Shown: positions 22,671-34,965, counted from the stretch's first letter. The stretch: 64,000 nucleotides of DNA from Gammaproteobacteria bacterium (GCA_965222155.1 CBDCTH010000012.1:2656001-2720000); one strand, 5' to 3'. Numbers and translations: made by a program. Notes: generated from the letters alone by a model not told the origin.

Positions 22671-23173
22671 TGTATGGGTCCACCACATATTGCACTTTTG
22701 CTGTTTTTGAATGACCCGCGTTCAAAGCACTGCCGGGCGACCCAGCGGGTCAGCCGGGGGACATCCAGGGCCCGGGCATCATAACTGACTTCGTCAATGC
22801 AGGTCAGGCTATAGCGGATCAGCGACCTCGGACGCCGCGCCGCACACCCGGGCTGAAACAGCACATGAACCTGCTCCTTACCCAGGTTCAGCAACGCCAC
22901 TGGCCAGGCCCGATGCCCCTTCGGTCTGATAAGCGTGCTTCCAATGATACAACGTTCGGCGTCTCTTGCCCGACTAGTCCAGCACCGCCGCCAGACCGTG
23001 TTTCTCCCAGAATTCAAGGACCCGGAGACGGTGCTGCGCAATGTCGTTGTTCATCCCTGTTGTTATCGCATAACCACTCCAATAATAAAACCCCCTGATG
23101 CCAAAACCCATATGCTGTGATTGCACTAACTTGTCTCTCCCGTATAGTGCAATATGTTTCTAAACTTAATACA
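22671..23173 (-). mobile_element. Internally deleted IS481-like element
   Basis: TGT-ended imperfect IRs sharing CATATTGCAC; the minus strand encodes a transposase N-terminus GFYYWSGY..HRLRVLEFWEKHGLAAVLD*SGKRRRTLYHWK. Confidence 0.6.
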
Positions 23174-23424
23174 AAAAACGGATTGATAATGCTTTTCGAC
23201 AACACTGTAAAAGTTGACAAGTGATGCCTGTTTCGAGTGGTTATTCCGGGATATGAATCAATATGATTGGCTTGACTCAGATTCATTAGGTACATGAATG
23301 CACCTGATTGCGGCAAGATGATTTAGTAATGATAACGACATTGCACGGCAATAATCGCTTCCTCCGTCACCTCATAGACCAGACGTCGGGGCAAGATCAT
23401 ACTTTTAGAGTCCCTCATAGGGGA

Positions 23425-23750
23425 TCAGTAAACCCCTCGCTTTTAGGCGATGTCAGTGCCAGTACTATGGTGTCATGGAAGATTATAAACGAAGCAGTCA
23501 TACGGTGTGGGATTGTGAGTATCACTTGGTGTGGATGATGAAGTATCGTTATCAGATGTTGGGCGAGGGGCTACTGGGTAGCAAACAGTGGGCATGTGAC
23601 ATATGAGGTATGGTAGAAATATATCGAAGATCAACAGGCGCCGGAGTCGGACGATACCTTTGGGGTGGTGTAATTGGCTGGACGGCCGATCAATCCGATT
23701 TACAGCTGTAATTGGAAGCTACCGTCTTTAGGCGGTGGAGTATTCACATT
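23425..23750 (+). mobile_element. tnpA: IS200/IS605 tnpA remnant with internal deletion
   Basis: MEDYKRSSHTVWDCEYHLVW..KYRY, then RGYWV..SG.VT.EVW*KYIEDQ; subterminal hairpins cctcgcttttaggcga and accgtctttaggcggt. Confidence 0.75.
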
Positions 23751-23761
23751 TGAAAAATACT

Positions 23762-24358
23762 ATGAATAAGTCCAAAAGATTAGTGCAACAGAACTGGCGC
23801 GACTGGCTGAGAATGGCGGAAGGCACGCTGGCGGGTGCGTCTCAAATGGTGTGGCAAAATCGAGACGAGATGAATGGGCAGCGGACTCTTTTTGCCAAGG
23901 TGACCGGGCCAGCATTTATGTCAGAGAACGAATGGCGCAACGCTATTACCTGGTCAGGCGCCACGCTTCTCTCGCTTTCAGCGGAACAGAGCATGAAAGC
24001 ACTCATTATCAAGGCAAGCTCAAACGGCGAATGCTGCAAAACGCATGATCTGAAATTGCTTTGGAATGAACTATGCCAGAAGGACAGGCAAGGTATCGAG
24101 AAAACGGCACGACAACTTCATGAGTACACAATGGGAACGCGACTCGCAGAGGGTCCCCAACTGACGGGAATCAGGCAAATTGAGAAAATTATTGATCACC
24201 ATCGAACTACATTCGAGCATGCACGTTACTACAAGGATACCCAACGAAATACTCAGCAGAACGCTCTGACCGGAAATTTAGAACTCTGGAAATTCGCACT
24301 GTCCGCGTTGATGTATGCAAAGAAACTGGCCTCAGACGACTGGCAACTTAGTCGATAG
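23762..24358 (+). CDS. Hypothetical protein, possibly HEPN-like
   Basis: Open ~200-aa frame; EQSMKAL...KTHDLKLLW...RY pattern reminiscent of HEPN folds. Confidence 0.5.
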   Translation: MNKSKRLVQQNWRDWLRMAEGTLAGASQMVWQNRDEMNGQRTLFAKVTGPAFMSENEWRNAITWSGATLLSLSAEQSMKALIIKASSNGECCKTHDLKLLWNELCQKDRQGIEKTARQLHEYTMGTRLAEGPQLTGIRQIEKIIDHHRTTFEHARYYKDTQRNTQQNALTGNLELWKFALSALMYAKKLASDDWQLSR

Positions 24359-25008
24359 ATGGTTAGGAAATTACAATGAGCATTTACACTCCGCTTCGCT
24401 CTGCCTGCCAGAGTACAAGATAAATGTGGTGTTACTTTCGTTCGCTATTGTGCCGTCCCAGAAATAACTATGCATAATCTTTCTACTTTGCTCAGGATGG
24501 ACTCAGCAGTCGCAGTTCAAACAAAAGGACGGGTATTCGCATTGTAGTTGGTCGGCTAGGGTCGGACCATCGTAATCTATCGTAATCTATTGATCTTATT
24601 ATATAGAATGTTACTTATGGCCCTGTTTTAAGGCTTATAACGCGTTTTTGACTGTGAAAAACATCACTTTAAGACAGACCAACAGGCTACGATAGTCAGC
24701 GACATTTCTTATAATACTCATTTACATGGCAAAAAATGCCCTTTAAGGTTTAAAAAAGGCCATAAATAGTAGAATAAATTAATGAAATCATATAGTTACC
24801 CTGGTCCGACCCCCACAGACCCACAGACACAGAGACCGTATGTTAAAATTTGGCTAATGACTCGCATCACTGTCAACACAGGAGAGTTAGAACCGGAAGC
24901 AACCAGTGCAAAATTTGCACAGGTTCAATCCGAGGGTGGACGGACAGTCAACCGTCAAGTGTATTCCTTCGTCCGGTTGGAACTCACCATGCCAGTAGAA
25001 GTAAATCC

Positions 25009-28000
25009 GTGACTGTATTAACCGAATCAGTCGTGGAAGATGCCGCTCTCGATTGGCTGCGGGGGTTGGGATACAACGTCATCGCCGGGCCGGATATGCC
25101 GCCGGGACCTTATGCCCTGCGTGAAAGTTATTCCGACGTGGTTTTTGCATCAACCTTGCGAGGCGCATTGGGACGCGTCAACCCAAACCTCCCAGGCGAA
25201 GCCCTGGATGATGCGTTTCGCAGGCTGACCCGCCCGGAGGGTTCCACGCTGGAGGCCCGCAACCGGGCTTTTCATCGCCTGCTGGTGGATGGCGTCACGG
25301 TGGAATATCGCAATGCTGAAGGCGCCGTTCGTGGAGCGCAGGCACGGGTGATCGATTTCGATGAACCGGATAGAAACGACTGGCTTGCTGTCAACTAGTT
25401 CACCGTCACCGAGAATAAGCATGAGCGCCGTCCGGACGTCGTGCTGTTCATCAATGGTCTGCCGCTTGCGTTGATTGAACTCAAGAACCCGGCGCATGAG
25501 GATGCCACGGTCTGGAATGCCTGGCAGCAACTCCAGACGTATAAAAGCGAGTTGCCGACCTTGTATGCTTTCAATGCGGCGCTCATAGTCTCGGACGGTG
25601 TGAATGCGCGCATCGGCTCGCTCACTGCCGGCAGGGAGTGGTTCAAGCCGTAGCGAACGATTGGCGGTCAGGAACTGGCGCCGGTGTTTCTGCCTGATCT
25701 CCAGGTATTGATCGAAGGGGTATTGGAAAAACGCCGATTTCTCTCTCTCCTGCGTGACTTCATTGTATTTGAGGACGACGGCAGCGGCATGCTGGTAAAG
25801 AAGATGGCAGGTTACCACCAGTTTCATGCGGTGGAGGTGGCGGTTGCGGAAACCTTGCGGGCTGCCGAACTCAAGCAGGCTGAAGAGCCAGGCCGGTATG
25901 AATCGGGCCGCAAACCGGGTGGCGCGCCGGGGGACCGTCGCATCGGCGTAGTCTGGCACACCCAGGGTTCGGGTAAAAGTCTGACCATGGCTTTCTATGC
26001 AGGGCGTATCATCCGCGAACCGGTAATGGGGAACCCGACCGTCGTGGTAATGACCGACCGCAATGACCTGGATGATCAGCTTTTCGGCACATTCACAAGA
26101 TGCCAGGACCTGTTACGCCAACCACCGGCATAGGCAGAAAACCGGGCGGATTTGCGCGCAAAGCTCGCGGTGAAATCCGGCGGCGTAGTGTTTACCACTA
26201 TCCAGAAGTTCTTCCCGGAAGATAAAGGAGACCGCCATCCGGTACTGTCAGGTCGGCGCAATATTGTAGTAATTGCCGACGAGGCACACCGCAGCCAGTA
26301 CGACTTCATTGACGGATTCGCGCGGCATATGCGCGACGCGCTACCCAATGCCTCCTTTGTCGGTTTCACCGGAACGCCGATCGAGCTTCAGGATGCCAAC
26401 ACCCGTGCAGTGTTCGGCGACTATATCAGCATCTACGACATTCAGCGCGCTGTCGAGGACGAGGCGACTGTACCGATATACTACGAGAGCAGGCTTGCAA
26501 AGCTCACACTTGATGAGAGTGAACGCCCGAATATTGACACCGGTTTTGAGGAAGCCACTGAAGGGGAAGAAATCGCACGCAAGGAAAAACTCAAGACCAG
26601 GTGGGCGCAACTTGAAGCGATTATAGGCGCGGACAAGCGACTGGCGCTTGTGGCCCAGGATATCGTTATGCACTTCGAGGCACGCCTGGAAGCCATGCAA
26701 GGCAAAGCGATGATAGTTTGTATGAGCAGACGCATTTGTATCGACCTTTATCGTGAACTGGTACGACTTCGTCCTGACTGGCATCACGATGACGACGGCA
26801 AGGGTTACCTCAAGGTCGTAATGACCGGCGCAGCGTCAGACCCGCCGGATTAGCAGGCACATATTCGTAACAAACATCGACGCGAGATGCTGGCGAAACG
26901 TTTTCGCGACACCGTTGATCCTTTCAATATGGTACTGGTCCGTGACATGTGGCTGACCGGTTTTGACGCGCCCAGTCTGCATACCATGTACGTCGATAAG
27001 CCGATGCGCGGCCACGGACTGATGCAGGCGATTGCGCGGGTCAACCGGGTGTTTATGGACAAACCCGGTGGCCTGGTCGTTGATTACCTGGGGCTTGCCC
27101 ACGAACTCAAGCGGGCGCTTGCGACCTATACCGAAAGTGGTGGTACCGGGCAGACAGCGCTCAACCAGACGGAAGCGGTAGCAGTTATGCTTGAGAAATT
27201 CGAGATTTGTTGTGGTTTGTTCCATGGCTTCGACCGTTCCAAGTGGGTCACGGGCACACCAGCAGAACGACTGACCCTCTTGCCGACCGCGCAGGAACAC
27301 ATCCTGGCACAGGAGAACGGTAAAGATCGCTGTATACAATCGGTGCGCGCACTATCCCATGCCTTCGCCCTGGCGGTACCCCATGAGGAAGCGATCCGCA
27401 TACGCGCTGACGTGGCTTTCTTTCAAGCCGTCCAATCAGTGCTCGCCAAGCGTGCTCCGGCTGAGGCACGGCCTGAAGAGGATTTGGATCATGCCGTCCG
27501 ACAGATCATCTCCCGCGCAGTAGCTTCAGAGGGAGTCATCGATATTTTCGCCGCTGCAGGATTGAAAAAGCCCGACATCTCTATCCTCTCTGACGAGTTT
27601 CTCGCTGAGGTACGCGGCATGCCGCAACGCAACCTCGCGGTTGAACTGTTACAAAAGCTATTGAAGGGCGAGTTGTCCGCTCGTCGTCGCAAGAATATCG
27701 TCCAGGCCCGCTCTTTCGCAGAGATGCTGGAACAAACTCTTCGTCGTTACCAGAATCGCGCCGTCGAGGCCGCACAGGTGATTGAAGAACTGATCCAACT
27801 GGCACGGGAACTGCGCGAGGCGAATGCCCGTGGCGAAAAACTAGGCTTGGAGGAAGATGAACTTGCTTTCTATGATGCCCTTGAGACCAATGACAGTGCA
27901 GTTCAGGTGCTTGGTGATGAGACTCTCAGGACAATAGCGCGAGAACTGGTCGAAACCGTGCGTAGTAACGTTACTATCGATTGGACGCTTCGTGAGAATG

Positions 28001-28131
28001 TGCGCGCCCATCTTCGCCGCCTGGTCAAACGCATCCTGCGCAAGTATGGTTACCCGCCGGATAAGCAGGAGAAAGCGACACGGACGGTCTTGGAACAGGC
28101 AGAGGTGTTATCCGCCGAATGGGCAGTCTAA
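25009..28131 (+). pseudogene. hsdR: Type I R-M restriction subunit HsdR with four in-frame TAG codons (25396, 25651, 26131, 26851)
   Basis: One continuous frame of about 1040 codons with [47 protein letters not shown] and QAIARVNR. Confidence 0.9.
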
Positions 28132-30182
28132 TTTTCAGCCAACACCAATAATTCCACACCTTCATCCACCATGTCGTCTGTCCGGTAGTGTAACGACTGC
28201 ACCGTACCGTCATGGGGCGCGGCAATGATGTGTTCTATCTTCATGGCTTCAAGTATCAGGAGCGCATCGCCTTTTTTGACCTGTTGTCCTGCTGCCGCCA
28301 TTACCTCGATGACCCTGCCCGGCATGGGTGAGATGAGGGTGCCGGATGCTTCCTCTTCACTGGAATAACCGGTGTCTGTTACCTGTTTCAGCCGGTATGT
28401 TTGATCCGAATTAAATATGATCAAATGTTCATGGTCTTCAACCACAGCGGTACGCCATTGTGTATTATCCAGCATTGCGACCAGTCCGCGGTCCGGCTCA
28501 AGCCTGCCGCATGCCCGGATTACCTTGCCGCCGGTGCGGATCAGACAGTCATTCCCGGAATGCCCCGGTTTATTGTTTTCAGTGGAAGGATACGGATCAG
28601 TGAAATGACGCTTGCCTGCAACAGTAACTCCGACTTCGTGTTCCCTGACGCCGTCGTGGAACCTGAAGTGTTCTTCTTCGACCAAGTTGAGGCGCCAACT
28701 GTCCGTCGCACACCAGGGAGAAGTCGGATCGGCTGAAATCGCCGCATTTTCGCCGGCCAGGCAGGTGCGCCGGAGGACCTGGTACAGCGCGGCCAGGCTG
28801 AGGATTTCAGGGGACGCCGGTTCATTACCCGGAGACAGGTCAGCCTGGTGACGTTCGATAAAGCCGGTATCGAACTCTGCCGTCTGGAATGCTTGATGGG
28901 AGATGATCGAGGCGAGAAAATCAATGTTGGTCGTGACCCCGGCCACCTGAGTTTGACGTAACGCCTCAACCATACGGCGCAGGCAGTTGCTACGGTCCTT
29001 GTCCCATACGATCAGTTTCGCGATCATCGGATCATAATGGACAGAGATGGTGTCCCCCTGCCGTACCCCGGTGTCTACCCGGACATGGGTTGTTGTCTCC
29101 GGGAAGCGCAAGTGGTTCAGGCGGCCGGTTGCAGGCAGGAAATGGTTGTCCGGGTCTTCCGCATAGATACGCGCCTCCAGGGCATGGCCGTTGATGGCAA
29201 GCTGTTCCCGGTTTGCCGGAAGCGGTTCTCCGGCGGCTACCCGTAATTGCCATTCGACCAGGTCCTGGCCGGTGATTAATTCGGTGACCGGGTGCTCGAC
29301 CTGCAGACGGGTGTTCATTTCCATGAAGTAAAACCTGCCGTTATTATCGACAATGAACTCCACCGTACCAGCCCCGGCGTAATCTATGGCCCGGGCTGCG
29401 GTGATTGCAGCGTCGCCCATTGCAGTACGTGTTTCATGTGTCATACCGGGGGCGGGCGCTTCTTCCAGTACTTTCTGATGGCGCCGCTGGATCGAGCAGT
29501 CCCGTTCAAACAGGTGTACTGCATTGCCGTGATTGTCACAAAAAATCTGGATCTCTATATGCCGGGGTTTTTCCAGGTATCTCTCAAGCAACATCCTGTC
29601 ATCATTGAAAGCGGCAAGCGCTTCCCGCTTGGCAGACCGCAGCGCAGCGCTGAATTCCCCTGCACTGTTGACTACCCGCATCCCTCTGCCGCCACCGCCG
29701 GCCGAGGCCTTGAGCATGACCGGAAAACCGATTTTTTCCGCCTCATTGAGCAGGATTGCCTCGTCCTGGTTATCACCGTGGTATCCGGGGACCAGGGGTA
29801 TTCCGGCCTGCTGCATGATGTTTTTAGCCGCCGATTTTGATCCCATCATCTCGATTGCCCGGGGAGGAGGACCGATAAATACGAATCCTTCTGCAACACA
29901 GGCTTCGGCAAACCCGGCATTCTCGGACAGGAAGCCGTAACCGGGGTGAATAGCCTCGGCGCCGGCGCGTTTGGCAGCCTCCAGCAGTTTTTCCGCAACC
30001 AGGTAGCTGTCCCGGGCCGACGCGGGTCCTATTGCAATGGCTTCATCGGCAAGGCTTACGTGCCGTGCGTTGACGTCAGCCTCCGAGTAAACCGCGACCG
30101 ACTTGACGCCCAGCCGGTTCGCCGTATGGATGATCCGACAGGCGATCTCTCCGCGATTAGCGATTAATATCTTATTAAACAT
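28128..30182 (-). CDS. liuD: 3-methylcrotonyl-CoA carboxylase biotin subunit
   Basis: [35 protein letters not shown] biotin site. Confidence 0.9.
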   Translation of the reverse strand: MFNKILIANRGEIACRIIHTANRLGVKSVAVYSEADVNARHVSLADEAIAIGPASARDSYLVAEKLLEAAKRAGAEAIHPGYGFLSENAGFAEACVAEGFVFIGPPPRAIEMMGSKSAAKNIMQQAGIPLVPGYHGDNQDEAILLNEAEKIGFPVMLKASAGGGGRGMRVVNSAGEFSAALRSAKREALAAFNDDRMLLERYLEKPRHIEIQIFCDNHGNAVHLFERDCSIQRRHQKVLEEAPAPGMTHETRTAMGDAAITAARAIDYAGAGTVEFIVDNNGRFYFMEMNTRLQVEHPVTELITGQDLVEWQLRVAAGEPLPANREQLAINGHALEARIYAEDPDNHFLPATGRLNHLRFPETTTHVRVDTGVRQGDTISVHYDPMIAKLIVWDKDRSNCLRRMVEALRQTQVAGVTTNIDFLASIISHQAFQTAEFDTGFIERHQADLSPGNEPASPEILSLAALYQVLRRTCLAGENAAISADPTSPWCATDSWRLNLVEEEHFRFHDGVREHEVGVTVAGKRHFTDPYPSTENNKPGHSGNDCLIRTGGKVIRACGRLEPDRGLVAMLDNTQWRTAVVEDHEHLIIFNSDQTYRLKQVTDTGYSSEEEASGTLISPMPGRVIEVMAAAGQQVKKGDALLILEAMKIEHIIAAPHDGTVQSLHYRTDDMVDEGVELLVLAEN

Positions 30183-30266
30183 TAATGAACGGGATCACAG
30201 AGTGTATCGTTATAAAAAATAATCATTATTATCCTGTACATCCTGTACATCCATGTTAAATAACAA

Positions 30267-31064
30267 TCACTTCAGCCACGCCGGTTTGCGCTTTTCCAGG
30301 AAGGCGGACAGACCTTCTTTGCCTTCCTCAGAGGCGCGTATATCGGCGATGCCCTCGCTGGTCTTTTGCAAAAGCTCCCGGGTTATCGGCTTGCCTGCTA
30401 CGTCAAACACCAGTTGTTTTGCCGCTTTCACCGCCTCGGAACTGTTGGCCAGTATGAGGTCGATGGTTTTTTCCACGGCCTCATCCAGCCCGGATTCATC
30501 CATGACCTCTGATACAAGGCCGATTTCCGTGGCTCTACGGGCGTCAAAGCGTTCCGCCGTCTGGAAATAACAACGCGCCTGTTTCTCGCCGATCGCACGT
30601 ATCGCGTAGGGACTGATAGTGGCGGGGATCAAGCCGAGTTTCACTTCACTGAAAGCAAACACGGCATTGTCGGCAGCCAGAGCTATGTCACAGCACGACA
30701 CCAGGCCGCAACCACCCCCCATGGCCGCACCCTGCACCCTGGCAATGGTAGGGACAGGGAGAAAGTTAAGCTTGTAAAGCAATTCAGCCAGGGCATTCGC
30801 ATCACGGACGTTTTCGGCGCGTGTGTACCCGGCCATACGTTTCATCCAGTCCAGGTCTGCGCCTGCGGAGAAATTTCTGCCGCTGGAGCGCAATACCATC
30901 AGTCTGCACTGGTCGTCATTACGGATATCGTCCAGGGCGGCGCTCAATTCCGTAATAAAATCTTCATTAAAGGCATTGTGTTTATCGGGGCGGTTCAACG
31001 TAATTGTTGCCGTATTCCGAGCATCGGTTGTATATGTGATATATGTGTATGACATAGCGCTCAT
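30267..31064 (-). CDS. liuC: Methylglutaconyl-CoA hydratase (enoyl-CoA hydratase family)
   Basis: FSAGADL, GAAMGGG and FSEVKLGLIPA motifs; liu operon context. Confidence 0.85.
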   Translation of the reverse strand: MSAMSYTYITYTTDARNTATITLNRPDKHNAFNEDFITELSAALDDIRNDDQCRLMVLRSSGRNFSAGADLDWMKRMAGYTRAENVRDANALAELLYKLNFLPVPTIARVQGAAMGGGCGLVSCCDIALAADNAVFAFSEVKLGLIPATISPYAIRAIGEKQARCYFQTAERFDARRATEIGLVSEVMDESGLDEAVEKTIDLILANSSEAVKAAKQLVFDVAGKPITRELLQKTSEGIADIRASEEGKEGLSAFLEKRKPAWLK

Positions 31065-31110
31065 ATATTTAAGAAAACTCTGACTTAATCAGAGGTTCCT
31101 ATAATAAAAG

Positions 31111-32718
31111 TTACATGCGAAATAAGCCAAACCGGGTCTGTTCTATGGGCGCATTCAAGGCGGCTGAGATACTGAGCCCCAGTACCCGGCGCGTATCCCG
31201 GGGCGCGATAATCCCGTCGTCCCACAGACGGGCGCTGGCATAATATGGATGTCCCTGGGTTTCATATTGTTCCCGTATCGGTGCTTTAAACGCTTCCTGC
31301 TCCGCTTCCGGCCAGCCCTCGCCTTTCGCTTCCAGGTTATCCAGCCTCACCTGCGCCAGAACATTGGCTGCCTGTTCACCGCCCATAACGGATATACGGG
31401 CATTGGGCCACATCCACAGGAAGCGTGGATTGTACGCGCGGCCGCACATGCCGTAGTTCCCGGCGCCGAAACTGCCGCCGATAATCACGGTAAATTTGGG
31501 TACCGAGGTGGTGGCGACCGCAGTGACCATCTTGGCGCCGTCCTTGGCAATGCCGCCGGCCTCGTATTTTTGTCCCACCATGAAACCGGTGATGTTTTGC
31601 AGGAACACCAGGGGGATGTGTCTTTGACTGCATAATTCGATGAAATGTGCGCCTTTCAGGGCCGATTCGGAGAATAATATGCCGTTATTGGCAACAATAC
31701 CCACCGGGTAGCCGTAAATATGGGCAAAACCACAAACGAGCGTGGCGCCATACAAAGGTTTGAACTCGGCAAATTCGCTGCCGTCCACGATTCGGGCAAT
31801 GACTTCACGTACGTCAAAAGGTTTGCGCGTGTCCGGTGGGACCACACCGTCAATCTCATCGACTGCATAGTCCGGTTCAACTGCTTCCCTGGTCTCCAAG
31901 CCGATGTGCTTACGGGTATTGAAGTGGGCAACGGACCGCCGCGCCAACTCCAGGGCATGCTGATCGTTCAAAGCGTAGTGGTCCGTCACGCCAGACTGGC
32001 GTGAATGCACGTCCGCGCCACCCAGTTCTTCCGCACTGACCACCTCGCCTGTTGCCGCCTTGACCAGGGGCGGGCCAGCGAGAAATATCGTTCCCTGATT
32101 CCTGACTATGATGCTTTCATCAGACATGGCCGGCACATAAGCGCCGCCTGCTGTACAGGAACCCATGACCACGGCAAGTTGCGGTATACCCCTGGCCGAC
32201 ATACTGGCCTGGTTGTAAAAAATGCGGCCGAAGTGGTCCCTGTCCGGAAAGACTTCATCCTGTTTCGGTAGAAATGCACCGCCCGAATCCACCAGGTAGA
32301 TACAGGGCAGGTGGTTCATCCCGGCGATTTCCTGGGCGCGCAGGTGTTTTTTCACTGTCAGCGGGTAGTAGGTTCCGCCTTTGACCGTAGCGTCGTTAGC
32401 CACGATCATACATTCACGGCCGGCTACGCGACCGACGCCGGTAATAATACCGGCGGCCGGCACGTCATCATCGTAAATACCCCAGGCGGCAAGTTGTGAC
32501 AGTTCCAGGAATGGCGTTCCCGGGTCACACAGTTGTTTGATTCGATCCCGGGGTAGCAGTTTTCCACGAGAGAGATGCTTCTCCCGGGCATTTTCGCCAC
32601 CACCCCGTGCAATAATACTGACCTTGTCATTCAGGTCGTTGACCAGGGACTGCATAGCCGCGGCGTTGATTTTGAACTCGCCGGATTCGGGATTAATCGA
32701 TGTTTTTATAATAGTCAT
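31111..32718 (-). CDS. liuB: 3-methylcrotonyl-CoA carboxylase carboxyltransferase subunit
   Basis: [39 protein letters not shown]. Confidence 0.93.
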   Translation of the reverse strand: MTIIKTSINPESGEFKINAAAMQSLVNDLNDKVSIIARGGGENAREKHLSRGKLLPRDRIKQLCDPGTPFLELSQLAAWGIYDDDVPAAGIITGVGRVAGRECMIVANDATVKGGTYYPLTVKKHLRAQEIAGMNHLPCIYLVDSGGAFLPKQDEVFPDRDHFGRIFYNQASMSARGIPQLAVVMGSCTAGGAYVPAMSDESIIVRNQGTIFLAGPPLVKAATGEVVSAEELGGADVHSRQSGVTDHYALNDQHALELARRSVAHFNTRKHIGLETREAVEPDYAVDEIDGVVPPDTRKPFDVREVIARIVDGSEFAEFKPLYGATLVCGFAHIYGYPVGIVANNGILFSESALKGAHFIELCSQRHIPLVFLQNITGFMVGQKYEAGGIAKDGAKMVTAVATTSVPKFTVIIGGSFGAGNYGMCGRAYNPRFLWMWPNARISVMGGEQAANVLAQVRLDNLEAKGEGWPEAEQEAFKAPIREQYETQGHPYYASARLWDDGIIAPRDTRRVLGLSISAALNAPIEQTRFGLFRM

Positions 32719-32891
32719 AAATTATTTTTCAGCCACAGAGAACACAGAGAAAAATCAAATCAGTCACATAGAGTCAGGGCAATTTTAAACTCGTCGCCAC
32801 ATTCCAAATGCCTCAGTCTTCATTCTGATTTTCAATGTGTTAAAAATTAATATAACTCTGTGTTCTCTGTGCCCTCTGATGCCAATTTAAA

Positions 32892-34064
32892 TCAAGCCGA
32901 TTCTTCAAAGAGTTCCCGGCCGATGAGCATGCGCCTGATCTCACTGGTGCCGGCGCCAATTTCATACAGTTTTGCATCGCGCAGAAATCGGCCGGCAGGG
33001 AACTCGTTGATGTAGCCGTTACCACCCAGGGCGCTGATTGCTTCCAGGGCCATCCAGGTGGCTTTTTCGCTCGCGTAAAGAATAGCGCCGGCGGCGTCTT
33101 TGCGGGTGGTCTCGTTGCGGTCACAAGCCCTGGCAACGGCGTAGACGTAGGCGCGACAGGCGTTCATGGTGGTATACATATCCGCGATTTTCCCCTGCAT
33201 GAGTTGAAATTCACCGATTGGCCGATTGAATTGTTTGCGTTCGTGAATATAGGGGATAACCACGTCCATACAGGCCTGCATAATGCCCAGAGAGCCGCCC
33301 GCCAGTACCGTCCTTTCGTAATCAAGACCGCTCATCAGCACCTTGACACCCTCGTTGACTTTGCCCAGCACGTTTTCTTGCGGGACTTCACAATCCTCGA
33401 ATACCAGTTCACAGGTATTGGAACCTCGCATCCCCAACTTATCCAGCTTCTGTGCCGTGGAATAACCCTTAAAGCCGTTTTCGACGATAAACGCGGTGAT
33501 GCCCCGCGGCCCCGCCTTGATATCCGTCTTTGCATAAACAACCAGTGTTCGTGCTTCAGGCCCGTTGGTGATCCACATCTTGTTGCCGTTTAGAACGTAC
33601 CTGTCACCTTTCTTATCCGCCCGTAACTTCATGCCGACCACGTCAGAACCGGCGCCAACCTCGGACATGGCCAGCGCCCCGGCATGTTCACCACTGATTA
33701 GTCCGGGCAGGTATTTCCGTTTTTGTTGGTCATTGCCTTTGCGTCTTATCTGGTTGACACAAAGATTGGAATGGGCGCCGTAAGACAACCCGACAGATGC
33801 TGAGGCCCGGCTGATTTCTTCCATGGCTACCACGTGTTCCAGGTAACCCATGCCGGCGCCGCCGTATTCTTCTTCAACGGTGATACCCAGCAATCCCATA
33901 TCGCCCAACTTTCGCCACATCTCCGGAGGAAATTCGTTGGTCTTGTCTATTTCGGCTGCCAGAGGGGCGATTTCCGTTTGGGCAAAGTCGTACACGGCCT
34001 CACGCAACAGGTCCGCGGTTTCACCCAGCTCAAAATTCAGACAAGGGTAGGAAGCATAACTCAT
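32892..34064 (-). CDS. liuA: Isovaleryl-CoA dehydrogenase
   Basis: [43 protein letters not shown]. Confidence 0.93.
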   Translation of the reverse strand: MSYASYPCLNFELGETADLLREAVYDFAQTEIAPLAAEIDKTNEFPPEMWRKLGDMGLLGITVEEEYGGAGMGYLEHVVAMEEISRASASVGLSYGAHSNLCVNQIRRKGNDQQKRKYLPGLISGEHAGALAMSEVGAGSDVVGMKLRADKKGDRYVLNGNKMWITNGPEARTLVVYAKTDIKAGPRGITAFIVENGFKGYSTAQKLDKLGMRGSNTCELVFEDCEVPQENVLGKVNEGVKVLMSGLDYERTVLAGGSLGIMQACMDVVIPYIHERKQFNRPIGEFQLMQGKIADMYTTMNACRAYVYAVARACDRNETTRKDAAGAILYASEKATWMALEAISALGGNGYINEFPAGRFLRDAKLYEIGAGTSEIRRMLIGRELFEESA

Positions 34065-34079
34065 AACAACACTCTAAAT

Positions 34080-34095
34080 ATTACGTTAACGTTAC
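34080..34095. promoter_or_regulatory. Putative LiuR operator upstream of liuA
   Basis: ATTACGTTAACGTTAC resembles the LiuR TTTACGTwwACGTAAA palindrome. Confidence 0.65.
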
Positions 34096-34111
34096 TATCA
34101 GCAGGGTTAGC

Positions 34112-34501
34112 TCAGGCCTGGGCCACATTTTTCAACAGTTTGTCCAGGCAATTCCGCTCCACTTCATCCATCAGCTTCAGGGTAGCTTCCATATCCTCCA
34201 TTTTTTCCAGCAAAGCGCTCCTGTGCTCGATTATCTTTTGACATAAACTCAGCAGTTGATGGCTGTCATTCGATTGTGAAGGATCATACATCTCTATGAT
34301 TTCTTTGCATTCCTCCAGAGAAAACCCCAGTCTCTTGCCGCGTAAGGTCAGTAATAACCGGGTTTTGTCCCGTTCCGAATAGATGCGGGTCTGACCCCGC
34401 CTGATCGGCGACAACAGGCCCTTATCCTCGTAGAACCGCAGCGCTCTGGCAGTAATGCCAAATTGTTCCGCAAGGTTTTTTATGGAATATTCGAGCATCA
34501 A
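34112..34501 (-). CDS. liuR: MerR-family regulator LiuR
   Basis: YSIKNLAEQFGITARALRFYEDKGLL; heads the liu operon. Confidence 0.85.
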   Translation of the reverse strand: MMLEYSIKNLAEQFGITARALRFYEDKGLLSPIRRGQTRIYSERDKTRLLLTLRGKRLGFSLEECKEIIEMYDPSQSNDSHQLLSLCQKIIEHRSALLEKMEDMEATLKLMDEVERNCLDKLLKNVAQA

Positions 34502-34508
34502 TCAATCC

Positions 34509-34542
34509 TGACTATAGTTGACGTTAACGTAAACTATAGTCA
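34509..34542. promoter_or_regulatory. Putative LiuR operator within an extended palindrome
   Basis: TGACTATAGTTGACGTTAACGTAAACTATAGTCA immediately upstream of liuR. Confidence 0.7.
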
Positions 34543-34854
34543 TATAATTTAAAAAGATCAAGCCGCGTCTCTGTGAATGCCGAGTAGTGGCACATAGCCT
34601 GCCCCTGCATGCTGTAAGCAGGGGATGTGCCGATAACGGACCAAAGGATGGAACTCCAGTCAACAAACTTTCCGTATTAGTAATGAGCAATATATCTGAC
34701 TGGATTACAGACCCCTGCTAACGACATGCAGGGCATGCTTCGCCGGAATGAAATCGGGGCGTTCACCGGCGCATTTTTTGACCTTGACATTGAAGTATAC
34801 ATGGTGAAGGTGAGTTTTCAGCAAAAACCCTATCGCCGCGCTTTCATGGAAAGT

Positions 34855-34965
34855 TTCGGGGGCAGCAATTTTGCCGGTATTGCGTTTCCCTTTCTCGGCG
34901 AGAAATTGCGAGGCGGACAGGACGTGGACATCATCGCGGTTGAGCCGGCCAATTGTCCGACCCTG
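34855..34965 (+). pseudogene. Internal fragment of TrpB2
   Basis: [14 protein letters not shown]...[12 protein letters not shown]. Confidence 0.65.

Noticed and set aside
16601-26853. Dcm (CCWGG) deamination hotspot as cause of the amber stops
   Set aside because: The inferred ancestral contexts (CGTTGG, AACCAGT, CCGTGG, GCACAGG, GATTGG) do not share CCWGG.
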